A stretch of DNA of 64,000 bases from Felis catus (taxonomy: Eukaryota), in NCBI RefSeq assembly GCF_018350175.1, contig NC_058368.1, forward strand, positions 230,704,001 to 230,768,000, given 5' to 3'. This document shows, piece by piece, positions 51,921-64,000 of this stretch (the first letter of the stretch is position 1; each line of letters starts with the position of its first letter). A program made the translations under genes and the position numbers. The notes beneath the pieces are model-generated. The model saw nothing but the letters and a program-made list of their open reading frames with translations. It had not been told where the DNA came from and made no database searches.

Positions 51921-52164
51921 TTGCTTTTTTTAAGGTGTTTTATTTTATTTATTTTATTTTTTAATGTTTATTTATTTTTGAGAGAGACAGACAGAGTGCA
52001 AGCAGGGGGAGGGGCAGAGAGAGAGAGAGACACAGAATCCGAAGCAGGCTCCAAGCTCTGAGCCATCAGCACAGAGCCCGATGCAGGACTCAAACCCACA
52101 AACAGTGAGGTCATGACCTGAACCAAATTCGGTTGTTTAACTGACTGAGCCACCCAGGGGCCCC
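51921..52164 (-). mobile_element. CAN-SINE (downstream unit of tandem pair)
   Basis: Antisense full SINE with complex A-rich tail. Confidence 0.95.
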
Positions 52165-52177
52165 AAAATTACCTGAC

Positions 52178-52401
52178 TTTTTTAAACATTTTTTTTTACA
52201 TTTATTTATTATTGAGAGACAGAGAGAGACAGAGCATGAGCATGGGAAGGGCAGAGAGAGAGAGAAACATAGAACCCGAAGCAGGCTCCAGGCTCTGAGC
52301 TGTCAGCCCAGAGCCCAATGCAGGGCTTGAACTCACAAACCGTGAGATCATGACCTGAGCCAAGGTCTGATGCTTAACTGACTGAGTTACCCAAGCGCCC
52401 C
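52178..52401 (-). mobile_element. CAN-SINE (upstream unit of tandem pair)
   Basis: Antisense full SINE; TSD cagaaacttcttttc flanks the pair. Confidence 0.95.
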
Positions 52402-52959
52402 AGAAACTTCTTTTCAACTACTGATTTCGCGATAGGAGGTGAAGTCTAGAAATATGGATTCCGATCTGTGTAATGCTGTGGTAGTCATGTTTTCTAAAAT
52501 AGAATCAAGACATAGGGTCGTGGACGATTTCCAGGTGCCAGGAGTAGTCTGAGAGACAGTGGGGATTCTCACCGACTGGGACCCCCCCCAGACATTTCTG
52601 TGGTTTGTGGGGGTGGGGGGAGGGGGCCGTAGGGGTCTGTAGGGCGAGGCCCAGTGTAGGGGCTCTGCTGCCTGAATCAGACACAGTGTGCAAGTGAATG
52701 AGTGGACAGTCTCAATGCCAGAACAGAGCATTTCACAATGGCATTTCTGGCATAGTATGAGCCTAGATGGAGAGCCCCTGGCAGTTGGGCAGCCTGCTGG
52801 GATCGACAAAATCACACCTCATGACCTCATTGTTGTGCTGGACAGCTGAGCACAAAAGTAAGTAGAAAACACTAAGTTGTTTATTACCATTACTATTATT
52901 GTTAATTATTGTTATTATTCTTACAAATGAGAATTTCCTGTTATTCTTTTTTAAATTAT

Positions 52960-53183
52960 TTATTTTCTTTTTTTTATAATTTTTTTTAACATTGATTCCT
53001 TTATGAGAGACAGAGTGTGAGCAGGGTAGGGGCAGAGAGAGAGGGAGACACAGAATCCGAAGCAGGCTCCAGGCTCCGAGCTGTCAGCACAGAGCCTGAC
53101 GCGGGGCTCGAACTCACAAGCTGTGAGATCATGACTTGAGCTGAAGTTGGATGCTTAACTGACCGAGCCACCCAGGCAGCCCC
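52960..53183 (-). mobile_element. CAN-SINE
   Basis: Antisense SINE; TSD taaattat. Confidence 0.95.
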
Positions 53184-53667
53184 TAAATTATGCTTAAAGG
53201 AGACCATCTCAACTCTCATTTTCATCCAAAATGAAGGGACAGCAGCTAAAATGCTACCAACCCTTCATGCCAGTCGACACCCCCAAGATAACAATATTTC
53301 CTGAGTTTCCATTTTCTGTTGCTCTGGCCACTGTGGAGGAGGGTGGGGGTGAATATAAACACACAGAGAATTGCATCCAGCAATGACCATGGATGTCCCC
53401 CGGACGTCACCATCTAAACCCCACAGATAAACCACTTAATTGGCGTGACTTGAGAAAGCAAAGCTTTTCTAATCTATCGTGTGTGTCCCTCCTACACTAC
53501 ACAGAACACAGCGATTGAGGTCTCCAACTTACCCTACCCCTGAAGAGCCTCAGAGCTTTTCACTGGCACCAGATTCTGTTTTCTAAGAAGGTTGCTAGTG
53601 AGTTAGCTAATGCATCCTCTGAGATTGGTGTACATAATGAGAGCTCATTATCTCCCCAGTCTGCTGG

Positions 53668-53829
53668 AGTTGTAATTCCCCAACCTGACTACAAATCAGA
53701 AGGACCAGAGTGCTGGTTCCACTACAGACCCCTGAGCCCCACCTCCCAGACCTCGTGGGAAGCAGATCCTCATGGGGTGGGGCTCAACCATTGGCATGTT
53801 ACATGAGCTCTCCAGGTGATTCTTTGCGT
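53668..53829. mobile_element. MER5A-like DNA transposon remnant
   Basis: gagccccacctcccagac, ggggtggggc, agctctccaggtgattct, ttgggagccattg. Confidence 0.65.
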
Positions 53830-54569
53830 CATCAGATTGGGAGCCATTGACAAGAGGGGGAAACTTAGACACTCCTCAGGTGGGCTGAAAAGAACATGCC
53901 ACAGGTAAGAGTTGGTAGAAGGACCCAGTGGAGATTCCATTAAGTGACAGGACAATTACTGATGAGGTCTAGGGGCACTAAGGAAGGCATCTGGGCTTTG
54001 GGGCACCAAAATAAGGAATATAAGTGGTTCACATTCAGACAACACCTACTTTATGGCCTTGCCCATGAGCAGTATGGCCACTACAGATAGCCTCGCCATG
54101 TTGGCGAACGTGGACAGGAACATTTTTCTCCCAGCAACCCTATGCCTGCTGTAGGCCGATCCTAAACCAATGCTGACCCACAACAAGGCATTATGACTCT
54201 CCCTTCCTGGATCCCCCTCAATCCCCATCCTCAATGACAAAATGTATTAGTGCAAGTGTTGCCTTAGTGCACAATCATTTGAGAACCCTCTGCTGGGTCA
54301 ACCTTGTTTTTCACTTCTAGTTGTATAAACAGCTGGGCTCTTGGCCTTCAGTTCCCTGACAAGCCTAATTATCACACAAGAAATAATCCTGACCACAGTG
54401 GCCCTGGCAAGGCAAGCCCAGAGTGGCCAGAGACAGCTGCCCCCAGACTCATTGCTGCTTTTCCAGCTCCATGACAAGGCTCTCAGGGAAGGCTCCCCAG
54501 GCCTGTGACTTTCCAGCCTGGATGGCTCCCAGGCATTCCTGCATCCTGGAAGAACCCTCTGTCTCATGC

Positions 54570-54755
54570 TCCTTCAAGACAACAGCAGTAAGCATTTGTT
54601 CCAAGTCCTCCATGAGCCAGGCTCTTTGCCCAACCCTTTTCATACATTATTGTTCATCTTGATCACAAACCTGCAGTACATGTATTGTTTCCAGCTCAGA
54701 AAAGTGAATTTTGGAGAAATTCAGAGTCTCTTACCCTAGATCACACAGCCAATAA
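54570..54755 (-). mobile_element. MIR fragment
   Basis: agcatttgttccaag...catacattattgttcatcttgatcacaaacctgc. Confidence 0.5.
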
Positions 54756-54869
54756 GTGGGCTTTTTGGTGTTCTGGTATTCCAAGAAGCCATGATATTTT
54801 AATAACTGGGATTTGAGTCCATTTGTTGTTATAAAAAATATTTTCATATTCAAAACATATGAACTCTTT

Positions 54870-55087
54870 GGGGCTCCTGGGTGGCTCAGTCGGTTGAGCG
54901 TACGACTTCGGTTCAGGTCACGATCTCACGGTCCTTGAGTTCGAGCCCCACGTCGGGCTCTGTGCTGACAGCTCAGAACCTGGAGCCTGTTTCAGATTCT
55001 GTGTCTCCCTCTCTCTGACCCTCCCCCGTTCATGCTCCATCTCTCTCTGTCTCAAAAATAAATAAATGTTAAAAAAAATTTTTTTAA
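54870..55087 (+). mobile_element. CAN-SINE
   Basis: Full SINE; TSD atatgaactct. Confidence 0.96.
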
Positions 55088-55269
55088 ATATGAACTCTGA
55101 ATCACTTATGTTTTCTGATCAAAATCAATGACTCCATTATTCAATTAAAAAAAAAAAAAAAAAACCTATATCCAAACTGCAAATCTAAGCAAGTGTTTGC
55201 CTGACAGGCCAGAGTAAACAACCATATTGTGTTATTGCAACGTTTCTCTTTCAAGAATAAATCTTACTT

Positions 55270-55488
55270 GGGGCACCTGGGTAGCTCAGTCAGTTGAACG
55301 TCTGACTTCGGCTCAGGTCATGATCTCGTGGTCTGTGAGTTCGAGCCCCACATCGGGCTGTGTGCTGACAGCTCAGAGCCTGGAGCCTGTTTCAGATTCT
55401 GTGTCTCCCTCTCTCTCTGCCCCATCCCCACTCGCTCTCTCTCTCTCTCTCTCTCTCTCAAAAATAAATAATCAACATTTTTAAAAAA
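55270..55488 (+). mobile_element. CAN-SINE
   Basis: Full SINE; TSD ataaatcttact. Confidence 0.96.
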
Positions 55489-55661
55489 GGATAAATCTTA
55501 CTCTAATTCAAAAATTTTCCAAACAAGTGGGATGCATGATGATAGTATGAAAGTTGATAAGTTACCCACACTGGATCTGTCGTCTACACTGAGGAAAGCA
55601 AAGGCACAAAGACCAAAGAGCATGCTGTTGTAGAACAACGGCACAAACGTGGAGCTCTTCC

Positions 55662-56043
55662 TGTATTAGTGAGCCCAGGCTGCCAGGACCGAGCACCACA
55701 GACTGGGCAGGTAACAAACAGTACTTTCCTTCTCACAGTCCTGGAGGCTGGAAGTGCAAGCTCAAAGCGTTGGAAGGTTTGGTTTCTTCGGAGGCTTCTC
55801 TCCTCAGCTACAGCTAGACCTCTTAGCACTACGTTTTCACATGGCCTTTTCTCCGTGCACGAGCATCCCCTTCTTCTTCTTCCTCTTCTTCCAAGGCCTT
55901 CAGTCCTATTGGATTGGGACCTCATCCTATGAGCTCCTTTAGCCTTAATTACCTCCCTGGAAACCCTATTCCAAATACAGTCATGTTGGGACTTAGGTCT
56001 TCAAGGTACGAATTTTGAGTGTGACATGATTGAGTTCCTAACA
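55662..56043 (-). mobile_element. MaLR MLT1A/B-like solo LTR
   Basis: tgtattagt start, tctcacagtcctggaggctggaagt, taattacctccc, ccaaatacagtca, terminal aca. Confidence 0.85.
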
Positions 56044-56519
56044 GCTCCTTATCAACTAGAGTCCAGTTCATGAAAAGAAAATGTTCCAACATGTCTCTGG
56101 TGGCACTTTCTTATGTAACATGGGAACTCATTTCCTGGGTGTCAACCCCGGCTTCATTTTCGTGCCCTTCGCTCCAGATCCGTGCATGTGCGTTTCCATT
56201 TTTATACCTTCTTGCAGGCCCCTTCTACTTCACATTATGCCGTAAATATTTCCGCACAAGTTAGTTGCTATGATTTTAATCTCAGTGGTTTCACATTTTG
56301 CGCACAGTGTGGCACATTAAGCATTGAACGTTCTCAGTGAGAAAGGGAAGAAGCTACTCTGGAGGTGGGGCTGGGAGGGTCTGAAGAGAAAGGCAGCAGC
56401 TGGCGGCCCCTCCTCCCTCAGTCCACCCAGGAAACAAGATGGAGGACCGAGGGTAACTCTGCAGAACACGGGTCTATCCAGAAGAAGGTGGATTTTTGTA
56501 CGAAGCAGTGTTGCTCATC

Positions 56520-57245
56520 GGACACACTTGGATTTTGACCTCCTAATCACTCACTCACTAGCAAATGATTCTGGTGAATCACCTTTGCTCTGAGACCTGG
56601 ATTCCCACCCTATGAAGGAAGAATGCCTACCTCATGGGTTCAGGATGAACTGTGATAACAGGTAGGGTGTCTAGTATACAGTAGGTGCTCCAGAGACCTT
56701 AGATGAATGGCTGAGGAGATAAGGACCATTGGAATCCCCTTCAAACACACTGAACACATGGGCTTTTGGTGAGATAGACCCAAATTCCAATGTCTACCCC
56801 CCACCCACTTACTGAGGGCTCACCCAGCTCACCAGTTACCTGCTTAGAGACCTTGGGCAAATCATTTCACCTCTCTATACCTCAGTTTGTGATAATACTA
56901 CTTAATAATGGGTTTCTGGTGAGAATTAATGTATGTATCTAAGGTGCTGGGACATGGTACTTCTTGATATCTGGAAGATAGTAACGGCATTTAATTTATC
57001 CAGAAAAAATACTGAAAACCAGACCTAAGCTTTGCTTTGCCTCTGTGGCATTGAAACAGTTATTCGATATCCCTGAGCCTTGGTTTTCTCATAAATAGTG
57101 AAGTGACTATAATAATGATTATAGGATATATTATAGGGCATATAATAATAATCTTAGATAATGAATGCTTAAATAATGAACTAGAGTATCCAAAATCCTG
57201 ATAAAGTGCCTGGTACATGGAAAGTTTCCGTAAATCTTTGTAAAT
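56520..57245 (+). mobile_element. Cluster of MIR fragments
   Basis: gaccttgggcaaatcatttcacctctctatacctcagttt; ctgagccttggttttctcat; agtgcctggtacatgg. Confidence 0.6.
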
Positions 57246-57705
57246 GAAAGAGAAACGAAAGAAGACTTGAGGAGTTCCAATCCACTGACGAACATCATGG
57301 AAGCAATTGTGTAGACGAATAATGTGTTATTTTAGGAGTCAACAATTCAAGGATCCCCTTCACCAAAGCAGACTGTTTGTGTTCTCTTTTCTAAGTGTTC
57401 ATCACCAGCTCTCTGACACTCGTGATGTGCTGAGGGCTCTCACATCTGACATTCAGAGTCCTCAAGTCATTTCCATCGTTGAAGATAGAAGTCCTCTCCT
57501 CAAGAACACAGGCAGAGAAGGAAAGTAATTGCTCTGGAAACCTTTCCATGTGGACAAAAGAGGACCCGGCTCAGATATTTAAACCTCTGTTCCATTTTCA
57601 GCCCCTCACATCTCTAATTCCAGCAACACAAACTGGCATCAGATTCATCTTCCTAAAGCCCAACCCCAGATAAGGCACTTTCCAGCTTAAACACACAGTT
57701 TTCTT

Positions 57706-57922
57706 TTTTTTTTTTATTTTTTTTTAACGTTTATTTTTGAGACAGAGAGAGACAGAGCAGGAACGGGGGAGGGTCAGAGAGAGGGAGACACAGAATCGGA
57801 AACAAGCTCCAGGCTCCAAGCTTTCAGCACAGAGCCCGACGCGGGGCTTGAACTCACGGACCGCAAGATCATGACCTGAGCCGAAGTCGGCCGCTTAACC
57901 AACTGAGCCACCCAGGCGCCCC
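57706..57922 (-). mobile_element. CAN-SINE
   Basis: Antisense SINE; exact TSD cacagttttctt. Confidence 0.96.
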
Positions 57923-57989
57923 CACAGTTTTCTTATTGTGGGGCAAATTATGTTTTGGGGGAAAAAAACCAAAAAAACAAAAAAAACCT

Positions 57990-58462
57990 CAAACTCAATA
58001 TTCAGAATGCTCTGCTCTAGAACCTGCCCCCTGTCTACCTCCCTGGCCTGACCTCCCACAAATCCCCAAAGTTACTCCATGTGCTGAGCCAGCCCCATTG
58101 CTTACTGAACCTGTATCACTTTCCTGTGAGTTACCCTATTGGTTACTGAGCCTGGATCACTTTCTCCATGAGTTCACACCTCATCAATCTCCCTCTGTTA
58201 AAATTCTGTCCAATCTTCATGAGGTATCTACCCTTGGAAGACCTCACTAACTCCTCCCTCTCTGTTGTGTTTTCTCATTCATTTTACTCCAATCAACTCT
58301 TAATGGCTCCTTTCATCTTATATTTAACCATAACAGTTATTTTTATGTCAATTCTTATCCCCATGTCCACACCCCTATTGAATTATAACATCCTTTAGGG
58401 CCAGGAAGACCATGCCTAGCCTCATACTTTGCAGTGTACACATTTAAATACTTGTTGGATTC
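57990..58462 (+). mobile_element. L2 3' fragment
   Basis: Pyrimidine-rich; ends catttaaatacttgttggatt. Confidence 0.5.
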
Positions 58463-58586
58463 AGTTACACTTGCCAGGATCCAGAAGCCAGTCCAAAGGA
58501 TTTTTTAAATAGTTTGTATTTTTAAAAATCCAGTTCGAATAGTTATTCAGCAATCATTTTCTGCACACTTGCTGGATGGCAAGATA

Positions 58587-58621
58587 TAGATAGATAGATA
58601 GATAGATAGATATAGATAGAT
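58587..58621. repeat. (TAGA)n microsatellite followed by poly-T
   Basis: Read directly. Confidence 0.95.
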
Positions 58622-58824
58622 TTTTTTTTTTTTTACTGCTCTTGACAAGATTTCAAGCTGACATTAATAAGACCAATGTAGGGACTTGACTGAGGCTAAG
58701 GAAGCCAACGGCACAAGTGCAGGATGCAGGGAAACCATAATTACTACAGTTCACTGGGGGGCCCTAAAGTAGCAAGACAGCTCACACTACGTGGGACGAT
58801 GCTCATGGAAATGGTCACCAGATC

Positions 58825-58978
58825 CAAAGGCATTTTGGGTTGTGACCCTTCAGGAAGCACTGAATAAAAGCCAGAGATGCTGCTAAACATCCTACAATGA
58901 ACAGGACATCACCACTCTACACAACAAAGGATTATTCAGGGCCAAATGTCAATAGTGCCTGAGGTTGAGAAACCTTGG
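58825..58978 (+). mobile_element. MER20-like hAT DNA transposon fragment
   Basis: gccagagatgctgctaaacatcctacaatg...ccaaatgtcaatagtgcctgaggttgagaaacc. Confidence 0.85.
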
Positions 58979-59226
58979 TTTACAAAGAAGGATGCTGGGT
59001 GCAGTGGCCTTGGGCCAGTGGCTTCTCACCCTGGACATAGCTGGCAGAGGGGATTCTGTGCAGACCTTGGGCTCCAGGGCAATGCACCAGTTGCTTAATA
59101 TAACACTGGACCTCATCTGCAAATCACATTTCAGGTTGGCTAGTTGATCTGCTCTTATCAAAATAAGCCAGATATGAGGAAGGGCTAAAAGCATGAAAAA
59201 CAAATTCCAGAGACACCAGGGATGGT

Positions 59227-59232
<6 letters not shown>

Positions 59233-59268
<36 letters not shown>
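59233..59268. repeat. (AG)n microsatellite
   Basis: Read directly. Confidence 0.95.
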
Positions 59269-59270
<2 letters not shown>

Positions 59271-61234
59271 AATGTCATTTGCAAAGTCCATAAACTCAGC
59301 AGGTACACTGTAGCTGTGCAAGACCATTAGCCCATGAAAATTAATTCTAGTTTTCATTCAGTAGTAACTGGCATTTAAAAAAAAAAAAAAGACAAGTAAT
59401 TTCGAACAGCGCCATCCCAGCCAATGCCAACTACTTGTCTCTCTGGGGTGAGGCACTGTCAATCACTGAGTCCATGAAGCAGAAAAGCAGTAATTTCAGA
59501 GAGCTTGCAAATCACCCAAACAGCAGCCTGTTTTCACTCCTTTCTTCCATTTAAAAGCATTTGAGAATAAGCTAGATGGAAAGCGCTCCTCTGAAAATTT
59601 GAAGATAGAAGGTTTATTGGTTCTCTTCCGACCAAAAGAGGGAAAATAAGGTAGTGGCCACAAAGAAAATGAAGTGTGCGTTTCTCCCACTTCACATCTA
59701 ATGAATGAAATAGTCAGACAGTCAACCTCGGTTGAGGAGGGAGAATGAGCTGTACATCACTCGATTTGCAGGCTGTAAGTAATGGGTGCCCGAGTCATAG
59801 AAGACGACTCTGATTCTTCAACAAATAAAACTACCTGCCTTTTAGAGAAATGTTGATATCTGTTAATATAGGCTGAAATTGTTGCCGTAAAAATGGGGCC
59901 TGTAATTCACAATAACCGTGAACATCCAATTCCCACAAGGGGCTTGGAAATTTGTGGGGAAGAAATTCTAGTTCTATTCTGAGGCCAGACCTTTCTGGTT
60001 TGACAAGTATTAACAAGAGCTGGCGAATGTTTTACGAGGAGCATGGTCGTTAATGTGTCACCTTTTGAGATGGAGTGGGAGTCCCTTCCTATAAAGAAAA
60101 TTTTAGAGCAGAGTCAAAAACTATGTCATGCTCTTTTTATCTCCTCGATGGAACACATCTAAAGAAGAACAATGAATTAAAATGTCCAAACTTTGGGTTG
60201 TTGTTTTTTTTTTTTCCCCCGTGTCCAACTGCTTGGTGTCACTTTCTAAAGTTTTTGTCCTCATCCCATCTTACCAGAGACCATTTCCTCTTGAGACTAC
60301 AAAACAAAGGATACTTGAATATCAGTTTGATGGTGAAATACACATGATTATCTACATCGATAAGCATCCTAAAGCTAAACTCAGTGGATGCGACCAATCA
60401 CTTCGTTCTCTCGGTACTGGGCTCCACTGCACTTACTCTGGCTGTCCTGTAGGTCAGGAGAAGCAGGACCCAGAATTCCTGGATTCTTAATCCAAAATTC
60501 AGACTGAACATTTCCCTCTTTGCTCCCCGTTGGTCAAGAGGGCAAGTAACCAGAGCTGGTACTGCTGAGAGGTTCTACCAATCCAACATAAAATTCAACA
60601 TGGGATTAAGAGCCATACTCTTGGTGTCTCTTCTGGAATTGGTTCTCGCTCTATGGCCTTGGAACAAATGAAATCAATCTGATCTGCATAAAGATCAAAT
60701 CCAGGTCAGGCCCAGAGAGAATTTTGAAGAAATTCTTTCTCCCATGGACGGATGGGAGGCGCGTTGGATGAACAGATGCACGGGTAAATGGAAAAGAGGT
60801 AAGTGGATGGGCCGATGGCTACATAAGGGAATGGAGTGAAGGCTAATTGGATGGATGGGTAAAGACACCAAGATGAGGCAATTATATGGTTACATTGTCA
60901 AGGGAACAGAAAAGAGGGCTTAATTGCATCTGGCAGAAGGCAATACAGAAGCAGAAGACTTCAAGACAAAGCCTTTAAGTGTTTCCAGAAGGAGATCTCT
61001 CAGAAGCAAAAAAAGTCTGAACCAATATGAGAAAAAACAGTTTAAGCTGTGGTCACAGTGATGAGTGGCCCAGGGTGACCCAGGGTAAGTGTAACAAGAG
61101 GTGAGGTTTTCTACAGGAAAGAGTGATCTGCCAGCTACTTGGATGACTACTCGAATGAGTTCTGAGGATTTTTATATCCCAGCACAACCGTATTGTCATT
61201 GTAATGATATCCTATTCGATTCTGCATTTCCTTC

Positions 61235-61640
61235 GGCTCGGAGGAAAACTTTTCCTTCACCGACTTGTGTTCAAGTAGTCCGGGGCCTGGGAAGTAATTG
61301 ACAACAGACAGACTACCGGAGAGAAGTTGCTCATAAGCCGTGACTCCATGAACAGCCAGGGGTCAGGGTCTATGTCCACTTGGCAGGGTGTGGGTATGTA
61401 AGGGAGGTTCTGATGGACCCTTTTACATGATGTTCTTGAAATGTTACAATGTTAAAGGTCAGTCACCTCCCTGACTGCAGACTCCCTCAAAGACGGGAGC
61501 AAGGGGTACTGGCAGCCGAATTCCCAAGAAGCCCTCATTTAGTCAGATAAGGGACGTTGCGATAAGATTTCGTTCTGCATCTGCTATAACCCAAATGTTT
61601 TCAGTGTACAGTAATCTTGATGTCACTCTGGACCTTTTAT
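61235..61640. mobile_element. Probable ERV1 LTR (MER34/MER39-like)
   Basis: ggaaaacttttcctt...aattgacaacagacagactac and tttagtcagataaggga motifs; ends not resolved. Confidence 0.5.
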
Positions 61641-62039
61641 TTTCTCTATCCTTTGTCTGGCTCTGGCTCTCTCTTCATCCCACGGTCACACGAAGGACCT
61701 TGGATTTGGTCCCGTGATGAGGAGAGCTTCTGAAGGATTTAAAGCAAGGTGACTCGTGGAGATCTGGAACTGAATTTCCAAAAGCGAACCCCAGCCTCAA
61801 GAGCCATGCAAACAGCAGAAAGACCAATGGCTCCAGAGAGGAGAGTGAGGCGTGTGTCCATGCGCGGCACTCGAGACCCACAAGAGCGCCCAAGAGGAGG
61901 CAGACCACCATGCCGGGGATGCGGGGCAGGAGCAGGGCCCCCGGTGGGCTCTCTTCTGCCATGTACGGGCGGCAGGGCACCTGGCACAGGGGCTGATGCC
62001 TGCAGACTTGGGCTCCTGTCCTGGCCCCTTCCCTTCCTG

Positions 62040-62200
62040 GCCACGCAAGCTACTTATCTTCTTCAAGTCTCAGTTTTGCCAATCAGTTAATGGGAATAAT
62101 ACTTATTTTATGAGATTACTGTAAAGATTAAGATGAGAAATCAGTTGCAAAGTGTGGGGCCGAGTGCCCGTCACACGGTGGACATCCGAGTCATTCATTC
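62040..62200 (+). mobile_element. MIR fragment
   Basis: gtctcagttttgccaatcagttaatgggaataatacttatttt...gtaaagattaagatgaga. Confidence 0.7.
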
Positions 62201-62955
62201 CCTGCCCTTCCTCCCCTTACCCCCGTTCTTCCTCTTGGGAGAAGCCATACTGTTAGTCAGCACAGGTCACTGCCTTCCTCCCCGTGTCTCGTCTGAGACA
62301 GGTCCTTCCTTCCTATCTCCACATTTCTTATGTAGCTAAGACCAGATCAACAGCACTTCCCGACACCCACATCCTAGAACTGTAACCCAAGAGTATGAGA
62401 GCTAGAACCATCTGTAGCCCACAGCTTCCCACATACACTGACACGACTTCCCCATTCGACACTCTCATTAGGACCTTACATTTCCAGGGAATCCTTGCCC
62501 GAGGAGACCAGTCTGTAAGTTACTTCCTTGTTTGTTTCAAGAACTTCATGAAAATCCACATGCCTGAACGAGAGAGGACACAACTAGCCCCCATCAGGGT
62601 GGGAAGCCTTTTCTCGGAAACACGCATGACTGTTTTCGGGCTCCTGGAACATCTCCTTCCCCCACCCAGCCCGTTCCAAACTCCTGCTTCGCTCTGCCCA
62701 CCGTGCCTGAACAATGATATGGAAACTTTTGCCAATCAGCATCTCCCTTCCTGGCGTTGAAAGACCTACCTGGAACTAACTGGAAAAACCTTAGAGACAC
62801 CCTGCCCTTGGCCTCCCCCCTTCTCGAGACAGCTCCAGCCCTGTCGGTGCACTGGCTACAGGGCTCCAGTGACACATCGGGCTTTGCCTCCTCCCCGGGC
62901 TGACGTGGGGCTGCCTTTGGGGAGCTGGCACCCTCTACCTGATTAGGATCGGCTG

Positions 62956-63156
62956 GGGGCGCCTGGGTGGCGCAGTCGGTTAAGCGTCCGACTTCAGCCA
63001 GGTCGCGATCTCGCGGTCCGTGAGTTCGAGCCCCGCGTCAGGCTCTGGGCTGATGGCTCAGAGCCTGAAGCCTGTTTCCGATTCTGTGTCTCCCTCTCTC
63101 TCTGCCCCTCCCCCGTTCATGCTCTGTCTCTCTCTGTCCCAAAAATAAATAAACGT
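62956..63156 (+). mobile_element. Young felid CAN-SINE lacking the terminal poly-A
   Basis: Near-consensus body; exact 16-bp TSD tgattaggatcggctg (62940-62955 and 63157-63172). Confidence 0.97.
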
Positions 63157-64000
63157 TGATTAGGATCGGCTGATCAACCTGGCCTTCTCCAGCCCCAAGG
63201 GAAGTTATTGAGGGACTCTGCCCCGTCCGGCCTTTCCTCCTCAGCGGGGTTGGTTATCAGAGGCCTCCCATGCTTGGTTTGTAACCAAAGACCACAAGTA
63301 ACCAGATTTGTCTCAAAATCACCCCTCGCACATTCTGTTAGCACCTCTGCACTGCTTGGGGGAGCTCGTTTTGGGGACACATGGCATCCGTTGCCTGGGC
63401 TGGGACTTGGCCTCTGAGCCAGGCCCAGGAGGGAGCCCCAGGCTCGGGACATAGTACCTCCCCTTTTCCAGCTTTTAGGGGAAGGCAGCGTCCTCTGAGG
63501 TCCCAGCTTTCCTGTTCACGTACCCAGGTACCCATTCCACTTCCAGGTGAACCTGCCCTGAGCAGTCCCCCAGAGTGACACGCCCATCTGGACAGACGGG
63601 AGAGCCACGCACAGCCTGTGATGTCCCTCCGCTCAGAGAACACCGGGAGACTTGAAGTTCAGACCGTTGAGTCCTGAGGGATTTGTGATCAGACCTGCCT
63701 CATGCCCTTGTCACTTAACTCCACTGGTTTCTGTCTGCGACCTAAGAGAGATCCAGGAGGCAATGAGAGTGCCCTGGAACGTTCCCAGAGCCAACAACAA
63801 GCCCGCCATCGGCAGCAGGTGGGTGACGACAAATGATCCCAGGTGCTCCCCAAAACCAGGCTGGGGGTTTTACTCTACACTGCATGCTTGTTAGAAATCA
63901 CCAAATAAGAGGAGACTGGGGTGGCGCTATTTATTTTCTCAACTTTTCACGTCTCAGAAAATGTTTTTCCAAAGGGAAACCTGACTACGGGTAGATCGCC

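Noticed and set aside
1259..55484. Recurrent ORFs with MAQSVxRPTSAQVMISR... or ERERQSMSRGGAER... peptides that look like a gene family
   Set aside because: They are sense and antisense translations of CAN-SINE copies
61675..62124. Cluster of overlapping 90-113 aa ORFs
   Set aside because: GC-rich sequence running into a MIR; no coherent or recognisable product
1..64000. CRISPR array, operon or other prokaryotic system
   Set aside because: The sequence is mammalian repeat-rich DNA; no regularly spaced repeat-spacer array or dense coding found

Overview
Mammalian nuclear DNA from a felid: about 30 carnivore tRNA-derived CAN-SINEs are present, several of the young Felis-type (SINEC_Fc-like). 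The window looks intergenic or deep-intronic. I could not support any protein-coding exon, RNA gene, CRISPR array or prokaryotic-type system. The supplied ORFs are SINE, L1 or L2 translations or chance ORFs; the only ones with recognisable homology are decayed L1 ORF2 C-terminal pieces. Most of the sequence is layered interspersed repeats (CAN-SINEs, young and old L1, L2, MIR, MaLR/ERV LTRs, MER5/MER20 DNA-transposon remnants, microsatellites), separated by a few repeat-poor stretches. The best observations are mechanistic: a young SINE lacking its A-tail at a non-canonical target, two SINEs bounded by one target-site duplication (TSD), a twin-primed inverted L1, an intact solo LTR with a G-quadruplex tract, and a CpG-rich zone (about 7.6-10 kb) where an old L2 end shows only AT-to-GC changes. 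I found no convincing novel biological system. Repeat family names come from recalled consensus motifs, not a database search, and boundaries of old repeats are approximate.
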